64,000 bases of DNA from Cyanophora paradoxa CCMP329 (Eukaryota; Plantae; Glaucophyta): assembly GCA_004431415.1 (NCBI GenBank), contig QPMI01000075.1:54642-118641 (forward strand), in the 5' to 3' direction. Within the stretch, counting starts at the first letter, position 1, and each line of letters opens with the position of its first letter. Positions 1 to 17,116 of this stretch are shown in pieces. The position numbers were made by a program, and so were the translations under genes. Below the pieces are notes generated by a model. It was not told where the DNA came from, made no database searches, and saw only the letters and a list, made by a program, of their open reading frames with translations.

Positions 1-3000
1 CGCTCTCCCTCCTGGAGGCCCTGGACGCGCGCGAGAACCGCCTCGCGAGCCTCCCGCGGGGCCTCGGCGCCCTCCCGCACCTCCGCAGGCTCGTCGTGGA
101 CGGCAACCCCCTCTCCAAGGCCGACCTGCCCCCCGCCGCCCGCCGCACCAGCGACGCCCTCCTCGAGTACCTCCGCTCCAGCCGTGCGCCCCGCGCGCGC
201 TCCCGTCCCGCGCCGCTCTCTCTGCTCAGCGAGGCGGGGCGGGCGGCAGAGCGCGTGCTGGTGCCCAAGGAGGAGAAGTGGAGCCCGGGGGAGGGCTTCC
301 TCAACCTCTCCCAGTCGGGCCTTGAGGCGTGGCCCGCCGACGAGATCGCCGCCGTCGGCCCCGAGAACATCCGCGAGCTCGACCTCGGCGGCAACCTCAT
401 CCGCTCCCTCCCCGGCGCGCCCCGCCCCGATTCGATCTCGCCCCGGATCGCGGCGCTATGTGCCCCCCCTGCTGACCGGGGCGCGCGCGTGCACGCGCAG
501 GGCCCGAGCTCGCGAAGCTGGTCAACCTCACCTGGCTGCGCCTCACCCACAACCTGTGCGCGCTCGCCGCCCGCCCCGCTCCGGCCTCCCCCGCCCCCTC
601 GCGCTGACGCCCTGCAGGCTGACGGAGCTGCCGCCGGAGCTGGGGCGGCTGACGCGGCTGCGGACGCTCCTGCTGCGCGAGAACAAGCTCTTCAGCCTGC
701 CCCGCGAGGTCGGCTCCCTGGTCAACCTGCGCGAGCTCCGCGTCTCGGGGAACGGCCTGCGGGCCCTGCCCCCCGAGCTCGGCCGGCTGCCCAGGCTCGA
801 GGTCCTGCACCTGTACCCCAACGAGCTCCTGCGGCTGCCCCCCGGCTGCCACGAGGGCGACGCGCCCGAGACCGTCCTCGAGTGCCTCCGCTCCCTCGCC
901 GCCTCGCCCCGTGCGCCGCCCTCCGAGGCTCCGCACCCGCACCCGCCCACCTCTCACCGCTCGCGCAGAGTCCTCCTCGGGCCCCTTCGGCTCCCGCCTT
1001 CTGGTGCGCTCCCCTTCCCTTCCCGGCGCGCAGGCGCCCACCCGCGGATAGCCGCTGACGCCGCGCCGGCAGCGCGGGCCGGGGCCGCTGGAGCTCGCCC
1101 CGGGGGGCTACCTGAATCTCGAGTGCCGCGGGCTGACCGAGTGGCCGGCGGCGCTGATCGAGGCGGCGGGGCCCGCCCGCCTCCGCCGCCTCGACCTCGA
1201 CCGCAACAGCATCGCCGAGATCCCCGGTCCGCCCCCGGCCCCGCCCCGCCCCGCCCCGCCCCGAGGCCCGTACGCCGTCCGCCGAGCGGGGAGCGCAGGC
1301 GCGGCGCTGGCGCGGCTCGCGGGCCTGCAGGAGCTGCACCTGGGGGGCAACCGCCTGCGCCGCCTGCCCCCGGAGATCGTCTGCCTCCGCTCCCTCCGCA
1401 CCCTCACCGTCCACGGCAACCTCATCCAGGCGCGCGCGCCCCCGTACCCCTCCCTCTACCCCTCTTAAACCCCTTCCCCCCCTTGGCACCCCGCAGGCGC
1501 TGCCGCCCGGGCTTGCGCAGCTGCCGCGGCTGGTGTACCTGGCGGCGCTGCCGAACCCGCTGCAGGAGCTGCCGGCGGCGGCGCGCGCCAGCGACGAGGC
1601 GCTCCTCCGCCACCTCCGCCGCCTCGCCGCGCAGCGTGCGCCCCGCGCCCCGCCTGCCCGCCCTTATGTCTTCGAATTTGCGCCTCCGGGATCCGACAGT
1701 GCCCGACGAGCCGAGCGACGAGGCCGCCGCGCCCGCCACGCCGCGCGAGGCCGGTGGCGCGGAGAAGGAGCAGCCGCCCTCCCCGCGCCGCCGGCGGTCC
1801 GCCACCCCGCCGCCCCCGCCGCCCGAGCGCCGAGGCGCGCCCCTCCGACCGGCCCCGTGCGCGCTGCAGCGGTTCGACGATGCGGCCGAACCCCTCCCGC
1901 CCGTCGCGGCGGCCGGGCACGGCGCGGGCGGCCTCATGGCTAGCGCACACGGGCCGTGCAGCCTGGCGGCGGCCCCTTCGGAGGCGACGGAGGCGGAGAC
2001 GGAGGCCGAGCTGGGCGCCATCGCCGAGGCCCTCGCCGCGCTGGAGGGGGGCGGGCGGAGGGGCAGCCCGAGCAGGCGCCGCAAGCCCCACCACCGGAGC
2101 CGCTGGAGCCGGAGCCGCAGCTGGCGGCGGCGGCGGGGAAGGCCCCGCCGGAGACGCCGAGAGCAGCCCCGGAGGCCGCCCCGACGGCGCTGCCGCTGAC
2201 GCCCCCCGAGTCGGCGCGAATGCCGCCGGCCCCGCCGCTGACCCCGACGCCGGGCGCGGGCGCGGGGCCGGCCCGCCCCGCCGGCCTCGCCGCCATGTCC
2301 GTCGACGACGTCGCCGTGTGGCTCCAGTGCGCGCCGGCCGCCCCTCCCGCCCCGCCCCGCCCTGCCGACGGGGCCGGGGCTGCAGGCGGGCGGGCTTCGG
2401 GGCGCTGGAGGGGGCCTTCCGCGCGAACTTCGTCTCGGGGCGGGCCCTCCTGCGCCTCGAGGAGGCCGACCTCGAGCAGCTCGGCCTCGCCGCGCCCCTC
2501 GCCCGCAAGAACTTCCGCCTTGAGGCCCGCCCCCTAGGCCTTCGCCCGCGTCGCCCCTCCCGTCCGACCCTGGGCTTACTTTGCCCGCCTGCCCAGCTGG
2601 ACGCCCTCAAAGCACAGGCGGAGGAGGCGGAGGCGGCGCCGCGGCCGGGGCACGCGCACGCGCCCCCGGGCCTAGGGCTCGCGGGCGCCCCGGCGGGCCC
2701 CGGGGCCCTCCGCTACGACGCCTTCATCAGGCGCGTCCCTGGAATCTCGCCCCGCCCGTCCGACGTCGCTCGCTAAAAAGCGCGCAGCTACGCGCACGCC
2801 GACGCGCCGACCGTCCGGCGGTACGTCGAACGGCTTGAGGCCGCCGGCTTCTCCCTCTGGTGCCGGCCCCGCCCCCGGCCCCGCCCCACCCCGCCCCGGC
2901 CCGCCCCGAGCGGGGGGCGCCGCGCGCCGCAGGGTGGACCGGGAGCTCAAGGCCGGCCAGCAGTGGCTGGAGGTCATCGCGGTGCGCCCCCCCCCCCGCC

Positions 3001-3496
3001 CGCCCCGCGGCCCGGGCCCCTCGAACAGCCCCCCCTCGACGCGGGGGGTACGCGCAGGAGGCGATGGTATGCTGCCGGACGTACGTCTGCTTCCTCTCCA
3101 CCCACTACTTCGCCAGCAAGAACTGCGACGACGAGATGCAGGCGCGCTGAGAGCTAGACGGCCCCGCGCGCGGCCTGTCCGAGGCCGACGTCGCGCCGCG
3201 CAGTACGCGCACCACAAGCTGCGCATCCCGAAGATCCCCGTCTGGCTCTGCGACCCCGCCACCCCGGGGCTCAAGATGCGGAGGGCGCGCCACCCCCCGC
3301 CCCCCCCCCCCCCCCCCCCCCTCCCTCTTCCCTCCCTCCCCTCCCCTCCCGCGGCCTCTTGACTGATTGGCGGCGGCAGGACTACGAGGTGATGCTGGCG
3401 GGGTTGACACACACGGCGCAGCTGGGCCCCGAGGCGCCCCACGTCGACGCCGCCTGCCGCGCCCTCGCAGAAGGCCTCCGGTCCGCCCGCCCCTAG
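1..3496 (+). CDS. Multi-exon LRR - SAM - TIR domain protein (5' end outside window)
   Basis: Joined exons give LRRs (LRTLLLRENKLFSLPREVGSLVNLRELRVSGNGLRALP) and a Pro/Ala linker. A SAM domain follows at ~2295-2610 (MSVDDVAVWL..FRANFVSGRALLRLEEADLEQLGL). A TIR_2-like domain is at ~2710-3496 (YDAFISYAHAD..VDRELKAGQQW..CRTYVCFLSTHYFASKNCDDEM..KIPVWL). Stop TAG 3494-3496. Confidence 0.85.
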
Positions 3497-4223
3497 CCCT
3501 GCCAGCCCTGTGCCTCAGGGGCTTGCAATTGCTCGTAGGTCGTTCGGGCTCCCGGGACCCCGCGCCGCCCCGCACGGTGGCCCACACCACGGACCCGCGG
3601 CGACACCATGAAACGATTTGGCGAGGCGATGATTTCACTGACCACGCCCAATATTAATCATTGAATAATACACGCCCAATATTAATCATTGAATTGAATT
3701 GAGAATGCATCTGAATGTTTGCAATTGTCTCGAATACAAAAGCCAGTAGCTAGCCAATAGCTAGATACAGTGCCGAATTGCATTTCTAATCGAATCTCAA
3801 TATTGTCATGTCATGATCATGATGTGCCGGAAGTCTTTTTCTTTTGGAAGTCTTTTCAATCTAACAATATTGGCGTCGACGTCAGAGCTACGTTAGGCTA
3901 CGGTATTTTAATATATAAGATATCGATCATTGCCCGGTTGGGCTTTTGATTTGCAAAAAACTAGCTATTCATGCAGTGTTCGCAATTCAAAGCTCCCCAA
4001 AGCTGAGCCCACCATCCCGTGTCCCGAGGCTCCCATGACATGCATGGCCGGCCCCACTCTCTCCGAGGCTCGGCGAGGTTTCGCCAGCGCTCTCGCGCGG
4101 CCGCGCGCTGCAGCTGCGCGCGTGAGAAAGCTCAAGAATTGGAGCCGCGGAATAATCACTTCTACCTATAGCTGCGTCGGTGCGAAATGGTTTTCCACCT
4201 TTACGGACGCCTCAGTCCTAGGC

Positions 4224-6159
4224 CTATCGGCGGCCATAATATGGGTGCAAATGACGATCAGCGAAATACTCGTCGACCATGCCCATGCCTAGGCCCTCCA
4301 GAAACTCCTCCGTCGAAAGGTCCTCCTCTTCCTCCTCTTCCTCCTCCTCGCTCTTCCCCCCCGGCCCCCAGAAGGAGACGCGGGCCGAGGGGAGGGCCGC
4401 CGCCGCCGCTGCCCGCGCCGCCCCCCGCTCGGCGTAGACGCCGCCCTCGTCCCCGAACCGGAAGAGGAGCACCCCCCTCGGGTCCACCCGCAGGCGCACC
4501 TGCGCCGCTCTCAGAAGAGGGGGGGGGAAGAAGAAGGGGGGTACGGACCTCGGTGGACTCGATGGCGCAGCCGGCGAAGGCGGAGAGGCGGCCGAGCTCG
4601 TCGACGAGCCCCGAGAGGTCCTCCACGGCGTCCTCGCCCACGGAGGGCACGAGGGCGAGGCGGCGGGGCCGGGCGGCCGCCAGCGCCGCCGCCGCCTCCG
4701 CCGCGCGCCCCGGCGCGAGGTCCACCGCCACGTCGAGGGAGATGCGCCCCGGGAAGCTCTGGCCCAGCGCCGCGAGCTTCGCCAGCAGCTCCGCCGCCGG
4801 CGGAACGTCTGCGGGGTACGTCTTAGAAAGGGGCGGGGGGGGGGGAGAGGGGGGTACGCGCGGGACGCACGGAAGCAGAGCTCGAGGTCGGAGAGGGAGG
4901 GGGAGCGCCCGAGGGCCGCCGCGAGGCCGTCGAGGCGCCCCGCGATGCGCCCGGGCTCGATGCGGCTCCGGTGGCAGACGTCCAGCGGCCCCAGGCTCCG
5001 CAGCGCCGGGCAGGCCCCGAGCGCCGCCAGGTCCTTCCCCTCCACCCCCGGGTGGAGCTGCCGTAGCTCAAGTTAGAATAGGAAGAAGAAGAGCGGCAGA
5101 GGAAACGGACCCCGTAGAAGACGTGCAGGTGCTCGAGGGCGGCGAGGCGCGGCAGGGCGCGCAGGGCTCGCCCCGAGAGGAGCGCGCGGACCCGGAGCCT
5201 GCGGTCGCGCGGGCCGGGGTTAGCTAAGCCGGGCGGGGCGGGGCGGGGCGGGGCGGGGCGGGGCGGGGCGGAGCGGCGCGCACTCTTTGAGGGTGTGCGG
5301 AGCGGTGGCGGAGGATGCGAGGGCCTCGATGAGGGGCGCGGCGTCGCGGGCGGCCTCCAGGCCCGGGGCGGCCCCCTCGTCGATCTCCAGGCACTCGAGG
5401 CTCGGGAAGTGGCGGAGCAGGCCCCAGAAGTCCGCGTGGAGGCGGAAGAAGCTCAGGAGCATCTCGCCGTCGAGCGTGCCCCTGTACGTGTTCCGTATGG
5501 AGAGCCGGCGGAGCGCGCGGCACGCGGCGGGGACCGCGGCCGCGGGCGCGGCCGGCGGGTCGAAGGAGTGCAGAACGATGGGGACGCATTGCATGCACTC
5601 GCGCAGCCTCACGTCGAGGCCTCCGAGGCCGCCGCTGGCCATGGTGCACGCTGAGATGAGGGATTCGAGGCTGGGGCTCCCGCTGAAGGCGTCCCCATCG
5701 CCCTTCGCCTTCAACAGCAGGCGCGTGTTGAGCGAGGCGCCGGGGGCCAGGCGGATCCACCGCCTGCCCTCGCCAGCCCCGACCAGGAGCTTGGCGATCC
5801 GATCCGCGACGTCGATCTTCGAGCTCGGGCGCCGCCCGACGACCTCCAGCCGCCGCCAGAGGATCGCCTCGGCCGCGTCGCGCCAGCGGCGACAGACCAG
5901 ACGGGCTTTCGCCGCCGCCTCTAAGCCAAGGCTCTCGAGGATTCGCGAGATGAGCTCCTCGGGCAGCCGATCGATCGGCGGCGCGGCAACGTCCGCCTCG
6001 AGGGAGCGCTCGCTCGAGCCCCGAGCTGCGCGTGGATGAGCGGTGGCTTGGAAGTGGAGCGCATGCATATGCACGCGCACTGGGGGGCGATTCCGCGGCC
6101 TCTGTCGTCGGGCGGGCTTCCGCCTGCGGGTTCTTCCTCTTACGCCCGGCAACAGGCAT
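4224..6159 (-). CDS. F-box protein with LRR-like C-terminal region (multi-exon)
   Basis: F-box motif IDRLPEELISRILESLGLEAAAKARLVCRRWRDAA; ATG at 6159 (MPVAGRKRK); acidic C-terminus, stop at 4224. Confidence 0.8.
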
Positions 6160-6372
6160 CTGCGGCGGAGTCAATGCACGCTAGATCGCTCTAATGCACG
6201 CATACGCACTGCGCGTGCGGGAGAGGCCGCGCTCGGCCTCGTTGGGGGGGCTACGTGTTTCTTCGTTCGCATTCGGAGACGGCAGGCTCGTAGGTAGTGG
6301 AGCGGAGCGCAAGAAGACCGGCTCTTCGGGCGTTGCTGCGGCCAGCGAGCTCAGTGCGGTGAGAGAGCAGAT

Positions 6373-9036
6373 ATGCCGCCAGCCGGCCGGCAGCGGGGAG
6401 TGAACGGAGACAAAGAGGAGCTCCTGGACGTAATCTGCCAGCGCTCCGACGACCCGTCGTTCTCGGATGGCGCCTCATCGCAGAAGAACTCGAAGCAGGA
6501 GCGAATATTATCGCCTATAGTCGAGCACCTGCCGGAGGACGACCGAGAGCCGACCTGGTTCGTAACCATCATGTATGGAGCGGGCTGCTTCCTGAACGAA
6601 CTCACGGCGGCGATGTGGTTCTCGTAAGCTCTCTTTCTACAATCTTTGGCGCCCGCCCGCGCCCGGCAGCTGCGCAACTGACATCAACCGCAGCTATGTA
6701 CTCTATGCTCTTCAGTTGCAGGGCGTGTCGACCGGCGGAGCCGCGGCGGTGTTGTTAGCGGGGCAGGTCCGTTTGCTGCTGGCCGCCTTGCGGAGCCTTG
6801 CGGGGTCGTTGACCGCTTCCTCAGATTGCCGATGCTGTGGCCATCCCGATTGCGGGACAGCTGTCCGATATGACGAATCACAAGTGAGATGATTCGCGCG
6901 CTAAACGGCCCCCCGACCGATCCGCAACCCCCGCAGGCTCGGCAAGCGGAGACCGTGGCTGGCAGTGGGCGCGCTCGTACTGTCGCTGGCGTTCATCGCG
7001 CTCTTCTCGCCGGCGCCGTGCGTGCCGATCTTCCCGGCCTGCAAGCAGGACAGCGTGGCGATCGCCTGGTACGTTCTCTGGGCGGTCACCTTCAACTGCG
7101 GCTGGGTGCGCGCTCCTTGCCCGCCGCGCCCCGCGCCCGCGCCGACGCCGGGGGGCGGCTGCTGCAGGCCTCGGTCCAGGTCGCGCACCTCGCGCTGGGC
7201 ACCGAGCTCTCCTCGAAGCAGACCGTGCAGGTCCGCCCCGCCGCCGCCCCCGCCGCCGCCCCCGCCCCCGCCGCGGTGCCTGACGGACGGACGGACGGGG
7301 CGCGCAGGTCCGCCTGAACAGCGTGCGGTTCGCGTTTGCTGTGGCGGCCCGCCTCACCGTCTTCGCCATCGCCGCCGTGGTACGCTCCGCCACTCCCCCG
7401 CCGCCGCCGCCGCCCTCGCCGCCACCCTCCCGACGCGCGCCCCGCGTCCCCCAGTTCTTCCAGACGATCGACGGCATGTCCTTCGGCCACTTCCAGGTAC
7501 CCCACCCACACACCCGCCCGCCCGCCCGTACCCCCCCCCCTCAGGCTTCGTTCGCAGCTGGTGGCGTACGTCATCGTGGGCCTGGGCGTCGTCGCCGTGG
7601 CCCTCTGCGTCGTCTTCGTCAAGGAGCCGGACTTCGCGACGGCAGCCGCCACTCCCCGCCCGGGCTCCGCCACCCCCACGGCCGCGCCCGGGACGCCCGG
7701 GTCGCCCGGGACGCCCGGGGAGGACGGCGCACCGGTGCCGATGTCCTACTGGTTCGGGGTACGCCTCTTCCACGAGGTCGCCGTCATCTTCACGGCCTCG
7801 CGGGTCGTCGTCGTCGTCGTCCAGGTGAGATCAGATTCGATCTCGAGATTAGATCTAGGTCTTGAAATATTTCATGTCACCCTTTTTCTTGTCACTCACC
7901 TCCACAATCACAAACCTTCTATCTCCAGCCTCCAGCTAGACAAGGGTCCCGGGCCTCACACCGGCCCGCCCCGCCCGCCGCGCAGTCCTCGATGCCGTTC
8001 TTCGTGGAGCGGACGCTGCACATGGAGAAGACGGCCGTCGCCATGGGGCCCCTCTCCCTCCAGCTCGCCTGCCTCTTCGGTGCGCGCTTTGATAGCTATC
8101 CATCCATCCATCGGGTCCGATCGAGGCTGACTGACGGGCGGGGCCGCGGCAGGCTCCTCGCTGATGCCGAAGCTGGCCCAGCGCCTGGGCGTCCGCGGCA
8201 CCTTCCTCGCCGCCTCCCTCGTCTGCATCGCCGCCAGCGCCTGCCTCAAGTGCGTCCGATGCGAACGAAGCGCGCGCGCGCGCCCGCCCCGACGCTCGCT
8301 CGTTCGACCCTGCGCAGGGCCGTCCCAGCGGGCCCCGCCGCCCCCTCCGTGTACCCCCTCTTCGTCGTCCTCGGCTTCGGCACCGCGGGCCTCATGGTCC
8401 GTACCCCTCCCCGGAGAGCCGCCCCGGGCCGTCCGCCCCGCGCCGAGCCCCGCGGCCCCCGCCGCAGGTCTGCGCGATGACGTTCGCGTCGACGGTCGTC
8501 GGGCCGCACAGCGCCAGCGGCGCCTTCGTCTTCGGTACCCCCCCCTTCTTCCTGCCTCCTTACGGGCCTCCCTGACTTGGTCCGACCTCGCGGGAAGGCT
8601 CGTTCGGGTTCCTGGAGAAGCTGGCGACGGGCCTCGTCATCTTCGTCCTGCAAGTCGCCGAGGTCTACCACAGCGCCGAGGCGAGCGAGCGAGCCCCGCC
8701 TGCATCCCCACCGCCGCTGCGGCTCGCTCAGCTCTCTTCGGACAGGGCTCGGCCATGGCGATCTCGGTGGTGCCGGCCGTGGCGGGCGCTCTGGCGTTCC
8801 TCCTCGTGCTGCAGAGCCCGGCCCTCCGCCGCGGGTCCGCGGCCGACGCCGCCGACGCCTCAGCCTCCTCCGCCTCGGAGACGGCCAACGGCAAGCCGGC
8901 GCCGAGCTCGCCGCGGCCCCTCGCGGCGGCGGCCGCCACGCGCCGCAGCGGCGAGGGCGACCGCTCCCCGCAGGCGAACGGGCACCACCACCCCTCCGTG
9001 CAGGTCGTACCCCTCTACTCGGGCGAGCCCGTCTAG
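6373..9036 (+). CDS. MFS transporter, MFSD12 / sugar-cation symporter (MFS_2) family (multi-exon)
   Basis: YGAGCFLNELTAAMWFS, LLAGQ..IADAVAIPIAGQLSD, FNCGWASVQVAHLAL..ELS, GSFGFLEKLATG match the MFSD12-like pattern; many TM helices. Confidence 0.85.
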
Positions 9037-9326
9037 TCTAGGCTTCTTCTCCCGCTCTCGGCCTCGCGCTGCTTTTTGTGTTCCCCTTGCGCCTAGCTCC
9101 CGCCCCGCTGTTCCGAGTTCTCCCCCCTCCACGCTGTCCCGCGCCTCCACCCTGTAAATGCACCCTGGCAACCCCAGCAAAACCCCGGCGGCGTTGGGGA
9201 GCGCATGCACCTACCGTAGTACAGGCATATGCACATGCATATGCATATGCATCTGCATGGCAGACGCGGCCGCGGCTATAGCTGGCGCGCATGATCGCTG
9301 GCAGGCCCTGAGGCGTCTAGATCTCT

Positions 9327-9882
9327 GAACCGCCGAGCTTGAGCCTCGGAGCTCGAGTCTTAAAAAGCTTGGAACGTTAACTTAGTAACCTGGTCGACGT
9401 CCGACGCTCCGCTGCCGGCGAGGGCTGCGCTGCCCGGCGGCCGGCGGCGGCCGGCGATGTGCCGCAGTGCGGCAAGCGCCCGCATGCGCAAGCGCAACGC
9501 ACACCAGCCGCGCAACGCACACCAGCCGCGCGCCGGCAAGCAAGCGCCCGCGAGCGCAACGCACAGTAGCGCGCACATGTACGCATGTACGGTACATGTA
9601 CATCTGCAGCGCTAGCCTGGCACGCAGCTAGCGCGCGCTGCCTTGAGAAGAACCGCCGAGAGAACCGCTGGAGAAGAACCGCCGAGCTTGAGCCTCGAAG
9701 GCTTGAAACGTTAACCTCGAGCTCAGGGCCTGGTCCGAGGCTCCCGAGTCCGCTGCCGGCGCGCGAGGCCTAGGCCTATAGCTAGGGCTGCGCATCCAAC
9801 GCCGACTGCAATCGCCCGCGAGCGCAACGCAACGCAACGCACAGCAGCGCGCATGCGCACAGGTATATACGTACATCTGCAA
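9327..9882. repeat. Degenerate tandem duplication (two units, ~280 and ~210 bp)
   Basis: Collinear shared blocks gaaccgccgagcttgagcctcg (9327/9676), cgctgccggcg, cgcccgcgagcgcaacgca, gtacatctgca. Confidence 0.65.
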
Positions 9883-10034
9883 CTACCTCGACTTCGCGTT
9901 CGGGGGGGAAGGGCTCTGCAGGGGGTACAGCATGCGCACGCTGACGGGTGAAGAAGCAGTTATTGAGGAGCAATACTGTCTGCACACAGTTGGCCTTGGG
10001 GACGGAGTTCGAGGAGCGACAACAGAGCTCAACG

Positions 10035-11879
10035 ATGCTCGACTTCTTCCGCCAGCTCGCGTCGTGCTGCAGGTGCGGACGACAGCGCTAGCGCGCGGCC
10101 GCGGCCGGGCGGCGCGCGGCGCGCTCGGCTGCGGGGGGCGGGTCGGCGTGCAGAGTCCGCACGCAGCCCATAGAGACGCTGCATATGCGGGATACGTGGC
10201 CTCTGGCTCCGCCGTAATAGCGCGAGCCCCTAGGCGCGCGCCGCGGGCGGGGCGTTTCGTAGATGGTCGCCTCGCAAGCAATCTGCCCGATCGGTCTTGG
10301 CGAGAGTGTGCATTCCGCCTCGCACAGTATGTTCTGACCTCTTTTGCTCTGCCGCAGTCTCGATGCCGTCGGGAGCCCAGGCGATGCCACGGTGTGCACT
10401 CGATCATCATGCGCTTCGAGACCTGCGCGCCGCCTGCTGACCTGCCATTCTGTCGCGCACAGCCGCGGGACCTTCCCCAAATACCGCAGAGCCTCGCGGA
10501 CGCCGGGAAGCTGTCGATACCGCCCCGGTTCGACCGGTCCCCTCGAGTTAAAGCGAAGCGGCCACGCGTGCCGTCCGTCCCTGATCATGACCGTCCCTCC
10601 CCGCCGGCCGCGCAGGACGCCGCGGTCGCTGCGGGAAGAGGACGAGAAGCAGCTGCTCGAGGAGTACATCTCGAAGCTGAAGGAGAAGGAGGAGGAGCTC
10701 GGCACCCGCATGCGTGCGCCCGCCCCGGCCCCGGTCAATCTCACGCCTCGCGTCCTCTGATCGATCTGCGCGTGCAGGTGACCTGCAGGAGACTAAGTAC
10801 GAGCTGGACAAGGTCCGCGGGGAGCTGCAGGCAGCCATCGCCGAGCGTGACGAGCTCGCCCGCCGCGTCGCGGTGCGTCCTGGGCGTAGGCCCCGGATCA
10901 AATTTGGATTCGCGCCTCTGATCTCCCGCTTCTCAGCTCCTGCGGCTGTGCTCGAGCCCCATCCGCATCTCGCGCATCGACATTGCGCGCACCGCCAGCA
11001 GCGAGGGCATCAAGGTGAATTTGATCTCCGGATCCTCTAAAACTCGAACTCGGGCAAACTATCGAATCCTCACGCCCGTCCCGCGCGCAGGAGCTGATGT
11101 CCGAGATCCGGGACATGTCGGCCGCCTCGTCGAGGTTCTCGACGCCCTCCGAGGTCGACCGCTCCTTCGACGGCCTCGCCGCCTCGATCCCCGCGCCCCG
11201 CGCCGCCCCCGTCGAGATCGGTGAGCAGATCTAGAGCGCCGCTTCTTGATTACTCGGTCCGCTTCTTTGAATTCCCAACTAACGCACCACGGCGCCCTCG
11301 CGCGCAGGCGACATCGACTCGGCTAGCGCGAGCGGCGACTCGGTCGTCGTCGACCGCGAGGAGCCCAAGGCCGAGGCAGAGGCGGAGGCGGAGGCGGAGG
11401 CGGCGGCGCCCGCGGAGGCGCAGGCGGATGCGGAGCCCGAGTCGCTGCCCCAGGAGCAGGAGGCGAAGGCGGAGGCGGAGGCGGCGGCGGCGGAGGCGGC
11501 GGTGGAGGCCGAGAAGCCCGCCGAGGAGGAGGAGGAGGCGCCTGCTGCGGCCGAGGCGGAGCCGGCGGCGGCCGAGGCCGAGGCGGAGGCGGAGGAGGTC
11601 GTCGTCATGACGCCCTCGGAGGTCGACGCGGCGGAGGCGGCGGCGGCGGTCGAGGAGGCGGTGGCGGCGGCGGCGGAGGCGGCGGCGGCCGAGCCGTCGA
11701 CGCCCCGCGCCGCGTCGGAGGAGGTTGCGGACGTGCCCGCGACGCCCGCGGCGGCCGCCGAGGCCGAGGCGGAGGAGGCGGAGGCCGCCTCGGCTGAGTC
11801 GCCGGCGCCGGCGACCTCTTCGGCGTCCAAGGTCGCCGGGGGCGTCAAGGCCTTCATGTCGCGCCTCTCTTTCTTCTAA
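10035..11879 (+). CDS. Hypothetical coiled-coil protein with Ala/Glu-rich tail (multi-exon)
   Basis: Exons join in frame: MLDFFRQLASCCSLDAVG..SLREEDEKQLLEEYISKLKEKEEEL..ELDKVRGELQAAIAERDEL..(AE)-rich..MSRLSFF*. Confidence 0.65.
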
Positions 11880-12548
11880 GCCCGCAGGCGACGCTACCTG
11901 CAGCTGCCTGCGGCCTTTGATTTCGTGTACTTTAGCCGTGTAGATGATAACCCGAGCTCGATCATTTCTCCTTTCTTGTTCATTCGATATCGTCCATGCA
12001 TTCATTCATCCATTCCTCATGCAATACGTTGCTTTTTTAGCTCTTCGCAACCATTGAACACTTTTTCGCTCCTCAGTTGTCCCAGTGTGGTCTCCCCGAG
12101 CGACCGGGGGCCGGATCGTGCCCCCTTTCTACATTCCCGATCATGAGCTACATGCGAAGTGGAGCCGCCGGGCCCATCCTGCGTCGGCCGGCGAGAGAGC
12201 TTAGTGTAAGGCAGTCTTGAGTGTACGTTCTAGGATTGCAGGTATCATTTTATGCAAACCGTTGAACGCAGATGCGTATTACAGTTCGCGAAGCCCACCC
12301 ACGCGCCCATGGGAAGCCATGGGGAGAGCTCGAGGATGCCCATGTGGCCATGGCACCAGGCCAGCGGGCTCCACCTGGGCCCCTTACATGCTTTACACCC
12401 GTCACTTGACCACTCCACCCCCGACTTCCAGCCGGTGTCCCCCTCGAGCCTTTGATCCGTGCCCGCGCTTGGAACCGCTCGAGATCTCGAATAAATTAGA
12501 GCCTCGACCTGGGCTTCGATCGGGGCCTGGTCGGGCGGGGCCGGCCAC

Positions 12549-12866
12549 GCCTAGACCCAGTCGAAGGAGCGCGTGACGGCCTTCCTTCGACAGGGCCCAG
12601 GCTTAAATCTCGAACAGAATATTAATGGCGGCCTAGACGCAATCGAAGGACCGCGTGACGGCCTCGACCTAGGCTTCGATCGGGGCCTGGTCGGGCGGGG
12701 CCGGCCACGCACGCCTAGACCCAGTCGAAGGAGCGCGTGACCTGATTATTATTATGATAGCCTGCGATCCTTATTCTCAAATAGATGACAGGACTCGGGC
12801 TCGAATCTCGAATCGAACAGAACGGCGGCCTAGACCCAGTCGAAGGAGCGGGTGACGGCCTTCTTC
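12549..12866 (-). repeat. Four extra copies of the glycerol kinase terminal coding segment and stop codon
   Basis: gcctagacccagtcgaaggagcgcgtgac(ggcctt) at 12549, 12631 (variant), 12713 and 12828; it is the reverse complement of (KA)VTRSFDWV*, whose genic copy starts at 13005. Confidence 0.85.
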
Positions 12867-13006
12867 GAGAGGCGCGAGTGTACGTTGTAGAGCCACAGGT
12901 ATAATTTTGTGCAATGCAGATGCATATTACAGATGCATAAAATTACAGCATCGACCTAGCCTAGTAGGCTTTGATGGGCGCCTGGGAACCTAGGGCCGGG
13001 ACACGC

Positions 13007-17009
<4,003 letters not shown>

Positions 17010-17116
17010 GGCGGCGATGCGTGCGGTACGTGCGCTCTCGGCGCCGATCGGGCGGTCGCCGGCGTCGGCTCGGCGAGCTCTGGTTCGAACCTCGCCCTCC
17101 CGCGAGCTCTGAACGG

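Noticed and set aside
3643-3694. 24 bp direct repeat cacgcccaatattaatcattgaat (a similar pair lies at 19828/19880)
   Set aside because: Simple local duplication with no evidence of function.
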